Shown: piece by piece, positions 1-10,748 of the stretch
Layout of the letters: every line of letters begins with the position of its first letter
How positions within the stretch are numbered: the stretch's first letter is position 1
NCBI GenBank assembly: GCA_964016885.1
Contig: OZ024741.1
Location: 199,702,001 to 199,766,000 of the forward strand
Source: Eledone cirrhosa
Lineage: Eukaryota
Direction of reading: 5' to 3'
DNA length: 64,000 nucleotides
Translations under genes and position numbers: made by a program
The notes under the pieces: generated by a model
The model's database searches: none
Told to the model about the DNA's origin: nothing
What the model saw: the letters and a program-made list of their open reading frames with translations, nothing else

Positions 1-237
1 AGGAAAGAGTTATAATGCAGTTGAAATAAACATATTTTGTGTGGGGTATTAAATCATGTTATAATTGTTATAAATGTTTAAGATAGTGTGCAATTTGTTA
101 GAGAGGCATGTGGTGATAATGCAGGTATTTGTTATGTAAGGTGTAATGCGATAGAGTTGTGATAAACACTTGAATGAAAATCACATATCCAACTCTATCA
201 CATACTTTGCATGACACCTTACATAACAAATACCTGC

Positions 238-610
238 CTACAGTCAGTAGGCACCTCTTAATCAAATATACACCCCCATCCCACTACCCTAACTCCCCCA
301 CCCCCATCAACACCACCCCTTTCAATGTAAAGTTATGTTGGTACCACAACATCCAGTCCTAAATAAATGAGGTCATGTAGGTGTCACGACAAAAAAACAC
401 AGTTCACGCTGTAATTTGGCTGTGTAGGTAATACGGTAAAAACCTCCCAGTCCACACTGTAAACGTGGTTGGTGTTAGGAAGGGCATCCAGCCGTAGAAA
501 ATCTGCCAGACAGTCCTATACGACCGAGATGACCAATCTTGCCTCAAGTGGGACAATTCCCGTCTAAACCCATGCTAGCGTGGAAGATAGACATTAAACG
601 ATGATGATGA
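238..610 (+). mobile_element. RTE LINE 3' UTR fragment (family A), 5'-truncated
   Basis: Homologous to 23570-23941. Ends in a stem-loop plus (GAT)n. Confidence 0.85.
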
Positions 611-621
611 TATATATATAT

Positions 622-1550
622 ATATACGATGCCTGCATACGAACAGCAATGCTGCATGGCAGTGAGACCTGGGCATTGTGTGCAGAGGATATACGCAAAC
701 TAGAGAGGAACGAAGCTTGCATCCTCCGCTGGATGTGCAATAGTAATATACGTGAACGGCTAAGCATAAACGAACTAAGGAAAAAATTAGAAATAAGAGG
801 GATCAGATGTTGTTTACTCGAGAGAAGGCTACGTTGGTATGGTCATGTGATGCGCATGAAAGACGACAGCTGTATAACAAAGTGCAGGGCAATAAAGATA
901 GACGGTAGCCACGGAGTAGGCAGACCCAGAAAAACCTGGGACGAGCTGATAAATTCCGACCTCACACGCTTACACCTCTCCAAGACAATGTCACTGGACC
1001 GAGACCTTTGGCGGTACTCAGTAATAGAGAAGACCCGCCTTACCTAAATACATAGTAAAACCTACTACAGTCAGTAGGCATCTCTAACAAAATACTCCCC
1101 GTCCCACCACCCCCACCCCATCCACACCGCCCCTTTCAATGTAAAGTTATGTTGGTGCCACAACATCCAAGCCGAAACAAATGAGATCGTGTAGGTGTCA
1201 CGACAAAAAAACACACAGTCCACGCTGTAATGTGGCCGTGTAGGCAACACGGTAAAAACCTCCCAGTCCCACACTGTAAATGTGGTTGGTGTTAGGAAGG
1301 GCATCCAGCCGTAGAAAACCCGCCAGACAGTCCACGCTGTAATGTGGCCGTGTAGGCAACACAGTAAAAACCTCCCAGCCCCACACTGTAAATGTGGTTG
1401 GTGTTAGGAAGGGCATCCAGCCGTAGAAAACCCGCCAGACAGTCCTATGCGAGCAAGACAACCACTCTTGCCTCAAGTGGGAAACCCCCGTCCAAACCCA
1501 TGCAAGCGTGGAACACGGACGTTAAACGTTGATGATGATGATGATGATGA
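622..1550 (+). mobile_element. 5'-truncated RTE LINE (family A): ORF C-terminus plus 3' UTR with an internal duplication of about 113 bp
   Basis: YDACIRTAMLHGSETW...RRLRWYGHVMRM...GRPRKTW. Near-identical to 23135-23941, with a (GAT)n tail. Confidence 0.93.
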
Positions 1551-3589
1551 CAAGTCAGCAGCAACGTAGTAAGTAAGGCAATCAAAGATATGAAGATGAG
1601 GAAGGCAACCGGTCCATCGGGTATAGCTGCCGAGATGCTGAAGGCATCTGGGTCTGTAGGTCACACTATAACCACACGTATTGTTAACAGGTAATACTAG
1701 AAGGTGTCATACCAAAAGATTGGTGCAGTAGCATCATTGTCAACTGCTACAAAGGTAAAGGCGATGCACTAGATAGAGGAAACTATAGAGGTATAAAGTT
1801 GATGGACCAGGTCATGAAAGTAACAGAAAGAGTTATAGCACAGTTGATTAGGGACCGGGTGAAAATAGACGAGATGCAATTTGGGTTTGTACCAGGAAGA
1901 GGCACCACTGATGCCCTCTTCCTTGTGAGGCAGTTACAGGAAAAGTACCTAGCTAAAAGTAAGCCACTCTACTTGGCATTTGTCGACCTTGAGAAAGCCT
2001 TTGACAGAGTTCCACATGCTGTAATCTGGTGGGCTCTTAGAAAACTAGGAGTAGATGAATGGCTTGTGAAAGCGGTACAAGCCATGTATAGGGGAGCAGT
2101 CAGCAAAGTTAGGATTAGCAATGAATATAGCGAGGAATTTAGCGTACAGGTTGGGGTCCAGCAGGGCTCTGTTCTTAGCCCCCTCCTGTTCATCATAGTC
2201 CTGCAGGCAATAACGGAGGAGTTTAAGACCGGATGCCCATGGGAACTCCTGTATGCTGATGACCTCGCACTCATAGCTGAATCTATGGTAGAACTAGAGA
2301 ATAAATTCCAAACTTGGAAGCAGGGACTAGAAAGAAAGGGTCTCAAAGTCAACATGACAAAGACTAAGGTCCTTGTAATCATCATCATCATCATCATCAT
2401 ACGTCCGCTTTTCCCTGCTTGCAAGGGTGGGACGGGTCTTATTCAGCAAGTAGACGAGAAAAGAGAACCCTGATCCCCTCAGGGAAATGGCTTTGCTCAG
2501 TATGTAGGAAAGGTGTAGGTAGGAACTCCATTCTCTGCCCCAAATGCAAACAATGGGTACACAAGAGATGTAGCGGGATCTCAGGAAGCTTAATTAAGAA
2601 TGTAGGCTTCACATGCAGCAGCTGTGCTGGGACAGCAAGCAGCAAACAGCCACAGGAAACAAGCACCACCAATCTCTGGGAGGGCTCTGTAGAAACAGTA
2701 GACAGCTTCTGCTACCTAGGTGACCGAATTAGCAGCGGAGATGGGTGTTCAGAAAGTACAATAACTAGGGTAAGAACGGGATGGAAGAAGTTTAAGGAAC
2801 TACTACCACTGCTAGCTGCAAAAGGCTTCTCCCTCAGAATGAAAGGCAGACTGTATGATGCGTGTATCCGAACAGCAATGTTGCATGGTAGTGAGACCTG
2901 GGCGCTGAAGGTGGAAGACTTAAGTAAATTAGAGAGAAACGAAGCCTGCATGCTCCGATGGATGTGTAACAGTAATATACGTGAACGACAAAGCATAAAT
3001 GAATTGAGAGAGAGACTGAGCATAAGAGGAATCAAATGCTGTGTGCAGGAGAGGCGGTTGCGCTGGTATGGACATGTGATGCGTATGAAGGATGACAGCT
3101 GCATAAAAAGGTGCAGAACACTAGAAGTCGATGGAAACCGCGGAGTGGGGAGACCCAAGATGACCTGGGATGAGGTGATAAAAGCCGACCTTACCCAATT
3201 ACACCTCTCAAAGGCGATGACACACGACCGTGACCACTGGCGTCACGCAGTAATACAGAGTACCCGACCTCCCATGGGTACAAGCTGAAGCATATAGACA
3301 ATATGCCCCCACACACCCCACTGCAAGGTGGTCGTGGAGGTGCCACGGCAAAAAAGCACCCAGCCCACACTGTAAAGTGGACATGTAGGCGCCACGAAAA
3401 AGCACCCAGCACTCACTGTAAATGAGGTTGGTGTTAGGAAGGGCATCCAGCTGTAGAAATCAAGCCAAATCAGTTCCTGTATGAGCAAGGCATGGTCAGC
3501 CGACCAGACACTGCCCACAACAGGACAACTCGTCTAACCCATGCTAGCGTGGAAGAACGGACGTAAAACGGTGATGATGATGATGATGA

Positions 3590-3590
<1 letters not shown>
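1551..3590 (+). mobile_element. 5'-truncated RTE LINE (family B): RT domain, PHD-like finger, C-terminus and 3' UTR
   Basis: ORFs 1799-2473 and 2419-3288 contain QFGF..GRGTTDA, FVDLEKAFD, GV.QGSVLSP, YADD and CSVC...CPKC...H..C...CSSC. (GAT)n tail. Split by a 71-bp insert. Confidence 0.95.
2378..2448 (-). mobile_element. 71-bp retroposon 3'-tail insertion (stem-loop plus (GAT)n) that disrupts the RTE ORF
   Basis: Removing it restores VLV|SRREKR in a single frame. The same tail occurs at about 7706-7760, 49049-49086 and 51011-51050. Confidence 0.85.
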
Positions 3591-3789
<199 letters not shown>

Positions 3790-3797
<8 letters not shown>

Positions 3798-5908
3798 AAA
3801 TAAATAAGTCAAATGTTTAAAATTCGGCTTCGTTTATTACTGCTATATATATTTCGGTGACAGCCATCTTTGGCTGTGACCTCTTCAGGCAGTCCGAATT
3901 AGTGTGGTAGAGACGAGTACACATGTTGTTGAGGTGTTTAACTTTGTCAATACTCTGATATGCCCAGTTCCTGGTTGGGTTGTTGTTTCACTGAGGAACT
4001 GGAATCATATGAATTTAAACAAACGAATTTCAGTGTCAGAGGACATCTTCTCTCATTGGTCAGTTGTGAGAACATTCCTCAGTCAAAAGGCAATCTGTGG
4101 TGGTTGTTCTTGTTATTGTTAAGTACATCTGACCTCTACTCTTGGTAGTGGTGTTAGAGTCAGCTCAAAAAAATGATAAAGTGGTAGAAAGAATAAGGTG
4201 GTAAAGGAACAAAATAAAATAATCAAATAAAATGTGTGTGTGTTATACCCCAAAAATAATCAAATAAAATGTGTGTGTTATAAAAATTTGTAAGGTCATC
4301 AGTTTTGAGAGCATTCCTCAGTCAAAAGTCTATAAAAATTCTTTCTGGGGTGAGGTTCCCTGTAGTGTTTGTTTTTGCTATTGTTAAGTACATCTGACCT
4401 CTACCCTTATTTTGGTAGTGTTGTTGGTGTTGTGGTCAGCCTATGTCTTGCTGCTGCTGACATTTAGAAGTATCTGTGTGTGTTTCTTCATCCATCCTGC
4501 CACCATCTCTCGTGGTGGTGGTGGTCTTCCATGTATATGAAGAAATAGAAGGCAATAAAATGAAGAAAACAGAAAATAAATAATAAATAAAAAATAAATG
4601 AAAAATTATTGAAAAATTAATGGAAATTGGAAAATGAAAAATGAAGAATGAAAATGAAAAGTGGAAAATAGAAGCGAAGATTCAAATAAAATAAAATGTG
4701 TGTGTGCTATAACCAATCTCAAGGTCAGAAAGATGTTGGATAAAGTGGTAGGAGGAACAAGATGGTAAAAGAATAAAACGAAATAAGATAATCAAATAAA
4801 ATGTGTGTGTGTTATAAAGATGTTGGCCAAATTAGAAAGGCTGTGTCAGAATCAATCTCTAGGCTATCATGGTGTCAGCTCAGCCTGGGTGGGTCCTTAT
4901 GGCTTGAGGGGAGTTCCCAACCTATGGTGTTGTTACTGCCCATATAGCTTGAGAGAGATCTGGCTGAGAGGTGTCTACATGTTCTGGAGAAGTCCCTATA
5001 GCTTGAGGGGAGTTCACATTTCAGTGTGTTGTTACTATCCATATAGCTTGAGGAAGGTCCCGGCCCTGAGGTGTTGCATGTCCCGAAGAAGTCGGTTCTG
5101 AGGTTTATCAGGCGGTTTCCACCTCTTAATATCTCTCGAGGGTCTCGTTCAGACATAGTTTGCATATTCCAGATCCCCCTTTATTGGGTGGTACCTTCCT
5201 GATCATGGACCAGGCCAGAGAGTACGGGGTCCTGTCCAACTTAAGCTTCCAGATTAGGTCAGAAAGAGCCGTACTTTTCCTTTTGGCCTCCTTATTGATG
5301 GAATGGCGATGGTTATACCAACGGTCTTTAAAGCTCGTTGGTGTGGCTCCTATGTAGAGATGTTCCGAGTTGGGGGTTTTAACCCTACATCCGTATATTA
5401 GGTTCTTAAAGCATTCATTACTAAGGGGGCATGTTTCGGGGTTTCTGCAGTTGCAGAGGGTGGTCGACCTCTGCGTGCCTAGTGTGGGATTCCCGTTATG
5501 TGTTACATGGTGGTCTTCCCCCGGGCACGGTGGGGAGTCCCCGGGTCTGTTTGAGTTTTTTGGGTGGGCACTGGGTCCCCCCTTCCCTCCTACATGGTTC
5601 TGCTGGTTGCTTATATTGCCATCTTCTGGTTGTGTGTGTTTTTTAAGCCTACTCCTGTTGATGCTAGCTATGTGTTGGGCCAGATTTCTTGTGGTGGAAT
5701 ACGAGAGCTTCACAGTGTGTCTGTTGAAGATCTTGTGGTATCTATGGTCCCTCGGGAAGCATTTATCAAGTGCTCCAAAGAATGATCGGGCCAAGCTGTT
5801 CTTTAGGGCCGCTGAGTAGGGTGGGTTGTACCACGTGATTTTTCTGCGTCTACTCCTATATGGGTGGGTTGGGAGCGTCGTGAGTTGTTGGAGAGTTGTT
5901 GGGTTGCT
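3790..5908 (-). mobile_element. Penelope-like element (Naiad-type), left arm: linker, GIY-YIG endonuclease and 3' pLTR region
   Basis: Minus-strand ORF reads RKITWYNPPYS...KIFNRHTVKLSYS...CNCR..CPL...C..IY...YIG...FKDRWYNH..S...STALS.LIW.LK...C.LCLNE. A hammerhead lies at the distal end. Clade assignment is from recalled motifs, not from a search. Confidence 0.9.
3839..3893 (-). ncRNA. Minimal type-I hammerhead ribozyme (PLE-associated, family 1)
   Basis: Minus strand reads ACTGC-CTGAAGA-GGTcACAGCCAaagaTGGCTGTcACC-GAAA-TATATATA-GCAGT. Confidence 0.85.
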
Positions 5909-7500
5909 GGCTCTTTCTGATCTGATCTGATCTGGAAGCTCAAGCTGGACAGGACCCCATACTCTCTGGCCTGGTCCATTATCAGGAAGGTACCACCCGA
6001 TAAAGGGGGATCTGGCATATGCAAACAATGTCTGAACGAGACCTTCGAGATACTAAGAGGTGGAAACCGCCTGATAAACCTCAGAACCGACTTCTTCGGG
6101 ACATGCAAACACCTCAGGGCCGGGACCTTCCTCAAGCTATATGGACAGTAGCAACACACTGAGATGTGAACTCCCCTCAAGCTATAGGGACTTCGCCAGA
6201 ACATGTAGACACCTGTCGGCCAGATCTCCCTCAAGCTATATGGGCAGTAACAACACCATAGGTTGGGAACTCCCCTCAAGCCATAGGAACCCACCCAGGC
6301 TGAGCAGACACCATGATAGCCTAGTGATTGATTCTGACACAGCCTTTCTAATTTGGCCAACATCTTTATAACACACACATTTTATTTGATTATCTTATTT
6401 CGTTTTATTCTTTTACCATCTTGTTCCTCCTACCACTTTATCCAACATCTTTCTGACCTTGAGATTGGTTATAGCACACACACATTTTATTTTATTTGAA
6501 TCTTCACTTCTATTTTCCACTTTTCATTTTCATTTTTCATTTTTAATTTTTCAATTTCCATTTTTCATTAATTTTTCATTAATTTTTCATTTATTTCTAT
6601 TTATTATTTATTTTCTGTTTTCTTCATTTTATTGCCTTCTATTTCTTCATATACATGGAAGACCACCACCACCACGAGAGATGGTGGCAGGATGGATGAA
6701 GAAACACACACAAATACTTCTAAATGTCAGCAGCAGCAAGACATAGACTGACCACATCATCAACAACACTACCAAAATACGGGTAGAGGTCAGATGTACT
6801 TAACAATAGCAAAAACAAACACTACAGGGAACCTCACCCCAGAAAGAATTTTTATTGACTTTTGACTGAGCAATGCTCTCAAAACTGACCAATGGGAGGA
6901 GTGACCTTACAGATTTTTATAACATTGAGATTGGGTATAACACATTATTTGATTATTTTATTTTGTTCCTTTACCACCTTATTCCTTCTACCACTTTATC
7001 ATTTTTTTGAGCTGACTCTAACACCAACACCACTACCACCATAAGAGTAGAGGTCAGATGTACTTAACAATAACAAGAACAACCACCACAGATTGCCTTT
7101 TGACTGAGGAATGTTCTCACAACTGACCAATGAGAGGAGAAGATGTCCTCTGACACTGAAATTTGTTTGTTTAAACTCATATGATTCCAGTTCCTCAGTG
7201 AAATAACAACGCAACCTGGAACTGGGCATATCAGAGTATTGACAAAGTTAAACACCTCAACAACATGTGTACTCGTCTCTACCACACTAATTCGGACTGC
7301 CTGAAGAGGTCACAGCCAAAGATGGCTGTCACCGAAATATATATATAGCAGTAATAAATGAAGCCAAATTTTAAACATTTGACTTATTTATTTTATTTTA
7401 TTTTACATTACTCTGGAGTAACCAAACCAACCTGCGCACTTCGTCGAGTGCTCCAATCTGCATACTGAGGTGTTGGTATACAACCAACATATACTCAAAA
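5909..7500 (+). mobile_element. Penelope-like element, right arm (inverted copy of 3790-5270) with an extra 3' tail of about 100 bp
   Basis: Reverse complement of the left arm. Encodes the endonuclease C-terminus IWKLK...CKQCLNE...LINLRTDFFGTCKH. Ends in (TA)n. Confidence 0.9.
7296..7352 (+). ncRNA. Minimal type-I hammerhead ribozyme (PLE-associated, family 1)
   Basis: Stem I ACTGC/GCAGT, core CTGAAGA (7301-7307), 10-bp stem II, GAAA (7334-7337), palindromic (TA)n stem III. Predicted AUA cleavage between 7347 and 7348. Confidence 0.88.
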
Positions 7501-7705
7501 TATATATATATACACGTATATGCATATGCAGCTTAAAAGGTGGACATGTGTTTTCTCAGCTCCCTGAGAATCTTAAAAAACATGAATCTTAAACAGTGTT
7601 TCATTTTTTTGATTTCCACATTTTGGATAAATTGTAATAGATAAGCATAAATTATATATGTATTGTTTTTTGTTTTTATTTATTAGTATTATTATTAAAT
7701 ATACA

Positions 7706-7870
7706 ATCATCATTTCATTTTACGTCCGCTTTTCCCTGCTTGCAAGGGTGGGACGGGAACTGATTCTGTCTTGATTTCTACAACTGGATGCCTTTCCTAA
7801 CACCAACCTCATTTACAGTGAGTGCTGGGTGCTTTTTTGCCGTGGCACCTCCACGACCACTTTGCAGTGG
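7706..7870 (-). mobile_element. RTE/SINE 3' tail fragment
   Basis: Contains the reverse of the recurrent GGTTGGTGTTAGGAAGGGCATCCAG motif and the terminal stem-loop. Confidence 0.7.
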
Positions 7871-7894
7871 AATGATATGGACCCCAGTCCCTAT

Positions 7895-8031
7895 CATCTC
7901 ATTTCTACAGCTGAGTAAACTGGAGCAATGTGAAATAAAGTGTCTTGCTCAAGGAAACAACACATCACCCGGTCTGAGAATTGAACTCACAACCTTTCGA
8001 TTGCAAGGCCAATGCTCTAACCACTAAGCCA
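7895..8031 (-). mobile_element. tRNA-derived SINE head plus core (related copies at about 13240-13360 and 18990-19130, both minus strand)
   Basis: A-box TGGCTTAGTGG and B-box GAGTTCAATTC, followed by a GTG..GT.TCCTTGAGCAAGACAC core. Confidence 0.8.
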
Positions 8032-8658
8032 TATATTATTTTATTTGATTAGCATATTATTTTATCCTAAAGCATCTATTGTGAAGGTAGCCCTATCATT
8101 TTCCTTTAGTCAGGAAGGGCAGACAATTTTCATCTACTAGTGGTTGTGTGTGTGTGTGGGGGAGGGGGCATAGTGAAAGAGGTAGTTTGTTGGACAGGCT
8201 TGAAAGGGTTGTAGACATGGACTTTCCTGTTCAGTGAAGCACTGATTAACTTTTTCAAGCTTCATTTGAAGGGAAAATCGGGGTGGAGAGGGAAGTGCTG
8301 CCTTCCAGCCAGTTTGTTCAAAGGTGGATTAGAGTGGCAAGCATGGTGTGAGTGAACTGGCCTATTCTGAATATGCACCTGTAGATAGCAGGGAAACAAC
8401 TGGGAGTGGGCACTTGCTCTAGTCCTCAAGGTGGCCATGGCTTTTTGTGACCTTTCTCCATGGTGACATTCCAATGTATCCTCCCTATTGTGGAATTTTC
8501 TTTGTTTGAATTTTTTTACTTTTGTTGTGTTTTTGTTATCACATTTTACATAAAAATCTCACATTATACTGTCCTGTGCCATCTTCAATGTTTTCTTGAT
8601 GTAAGCCCAGTGTGGTTAATAAAGAAATCCTTATTATTATTATTATTATTATTATTAT

Positions 8659-8845
8659 AAAGGTGGTGGATTGCCAGTATCGGTAGAGCATCGGAAAACA
8701 TACTTTGTGGCATATAGTTATCTCTTTACATTCTGAGTTCAAATCCAGCCGGGGTCGATAAAATAATGTACCAGTAATGCACTGGGTTCAATTTAATCGA
8801 CTTTCTCCTCCTCAAAATGTTGACCTTGTGCCTAAATCAGAAACT
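8659..8845 (+). mobile_element. Cephalopod-type (OK/Ceph-like) SINE; related copies at about 13665-13810(+), 33420-33525(-), 37330-37725(-, two), 40325-40510(-) and 52950-53160(+)
   Basis: GGCAG.ATCGGTAGA head, GAGTTCAAATCC B-box, GATAAAATAAAGTACCAGT...ACTGGGG core and GGCCTTGTGCCTAAA end recur across the copies. Confidence 0.75.
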
Positions 8846-8849
8846 ACTG

Positions 8850-9450
8850 CTTGAACGGTGAACAGGTGTGGTCACCGTTTGTGAGACTGGCCTTTCTGCA
8901 GTTCGTCACTTTGACTGAGCTGCTGTCCTGCGTGAAGAAGAGACTGAGACTGGGTGCCTGGCATCTGGAATGTTGCCAGGTGCTCACTGCCGTCTACCAG
9001 GTGGGCAATGTGGTCTTTGGAGCTTCTCCTCTAGCGTTCTGTAGAGGGTTAGAGGTCGGCAAGTGCGACGATGCTCTCGGAGAATCTCTGGACGTCAATG
9101 AAATTGAACTAACCAGTCTGTTCCGCAGGATGTTTGAGCTATGGACTATGAATAACCTCCATAAATCCCTCGCCTGACAGAGATAAACTCTACTGGCATG
9201 GAAGTATGGTCAGACAGACCTGCCCGAAATGCACGCAGAATGCCGAAACCATTCTGCACACTCTCGTCCAGTGTCCATGCATTATTGATTTGTGGAGTTA
9301 TGTTGAACAGCTGTTATTGCATGTGGGACGGATCTGGCTATCGACCAAGTCTATAGTGAAGATCACCCCACCGCCTTCTTTTGGTTGGGAAGGGCAGGCA
9401 ATTTTCCTCTGTCTCGTGGCTGTAGTGAAAGTGGTTGTGTGGCGGATGAT
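8850..9450 (+). mobile_element. Decayed L1/Tx1-like LINE fragment (C-terminal CCHC zinc knuckle)
   Basis: CPKC....ETILHTLVQCP....LW motif in ORF 9206-9490. Confidence 0.7.
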
Positions 9451-9550
9451 CCCCAAAGTCCCCATCTATTGTATTGTCCCCTATATGTAGACCCTTGTGG
9501 CCAATAAAGAAACCATAATTATTATTATTATTGTTATATATTTTTTACAG

Positions 9551-9689
9551 AATGGAATTCATGAACCTTTATTTGATCCAAAGTTACTTGATAATATCGA
9601 CTCTTCTAATTTTGTTGGAAAAATAACAGGAGAAAGTATAGCTAGTCATTTAAAAGTGAGGCCCTTGTATTTATCTGATTATGAAAAAG
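9551..9689 (+). CDS. GNPNAT1: Glucosamine-6-phosphate N-acetyltransferase, first visible coding exon (NGIHEPLFDPKLL...VRPLYLSDYEKG)
   Basis: ttttttacAG acceptor at 9549-9550 and GTAAGT donor at 9690. The peptide resembles the GNPNAT1 N-terminus (P.FDP.LL...RPL...D...G). 139 nt, phase 0 to 1. No in-frame ATG, so the start lies in an upstream exon that was not located. Confidence 0.92.
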
Positions 9690-10584
9690 GTAAGTTTTGG
9701 TAATTTTATTTCCCATTGAAATAGACATATTTTAGCTGTGTCAAAGACATGATAGCTTCTTTAATGCTGGTGCCACAATAAAATGCACTCGGAGTGCAGG
9801 AGTGTATGTAAGCATGATGTGCTTGAAGAAAATAGAACTTGCAGATAAAAGAGAGACCAAAGAAGACATGGGGCGAAGTTGTAAAGAATGGCCTCAAGAA
9901 ACTGAATCTCATGAAGGTAATGACATAGGATCATGATGATTGGCAACTCATCATCCTAGAAAAGACCTGCCAACCTGTAAAAGCAAAGGTGATGCTAAAT
10001 GTAAATGTAATGAGGGATTGAAGAAAGCCTGAATTAGAGAGGTCCCCATTAATCCTGCTGTGAATGAGACTGACTGACAACCATAGTTGACATAGGAGCG
10101 AGAGGACCTTTGGTCTTGTCAAAAACCTGACAACTTTTCTAGTGTTGGTGCCACAATAAAATGCACCCAGTACACTCTGTAAAGTTGCTGATGATCCAAC
10201 AATGTAGAGTAGGGAGGACTCTTCAGTCTGGCCAAGCACAACAAACTATCTATTGTTGGTGCAATGATATAATGCAAAAATTACGTTCTGTAATGTGGTT
10301 GGTATTAGGAAATGCATTCAACCATAGAAACCATACTAAAATATATAACATTTGAGCAACATGTTTATCTGACATATCTTGTCTTGGATGGTTATGACCC
10401 ATCCAACCCATGGCGGCATGGAAAACAGATGAAAAATGAGAATGGTGGAGGGAAGTGGTGGTGGTGTTCATGGTGATGAGGATGTCTTTATATAAATCGT
10501 TTTAAGATTTTGATTTCTTAGTTAATACTTTAGAGATCATTGACTTTTTGATAAAGAAGTACCAAACATATGTTTCCCTTAAAC

Positions 10585-10748
10585 CAAGCATGGGCAACCT
10601 TTTTTTAGCAGTGAGCTGCATAGGATGTGGCTCATCATAAGGTGGACCACACTACTAAAAAATTTGAGGCAATTTTGAAATTAAGCATTCCATTCAGAAA
10701 GCTAAATGGGCTGCACATGGCTCTCAGGCCACAATTTGCCTGTAACTG
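10585..10748. mobile_element. Degenerate hAT-type MITE
   Basis: CAAGCATGGGCAACC terminus shared with the 38030-38325 element. Confidence 0.6.

Noticed and set aside
5126-5908. Selenoprotein-type Naiad (in-frame UGA plus SECIS)
   Set aside because: All conserved Cys positions visible in the endonuclease fragment are ordinary Cys codons, and no SECIS was recognised.
6128-6290. CRISPR-like repeat/spacer appearance
   Set aside because: Eukaryotic PLE context, alternate spacers are homologous to each other, and there are no cas genes.
7950-8031. tRNA gene
   Set aside because: A and B boxes are present but the cloverleaf is degenerate and continues into a SINE core, with multiple decayed copies.
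9552-9626. ATG at 9552 as the GNPNAT1 start
   Set aside because: It is out of frame with the conserved peptide and reaches a TAA after about 24 codons.
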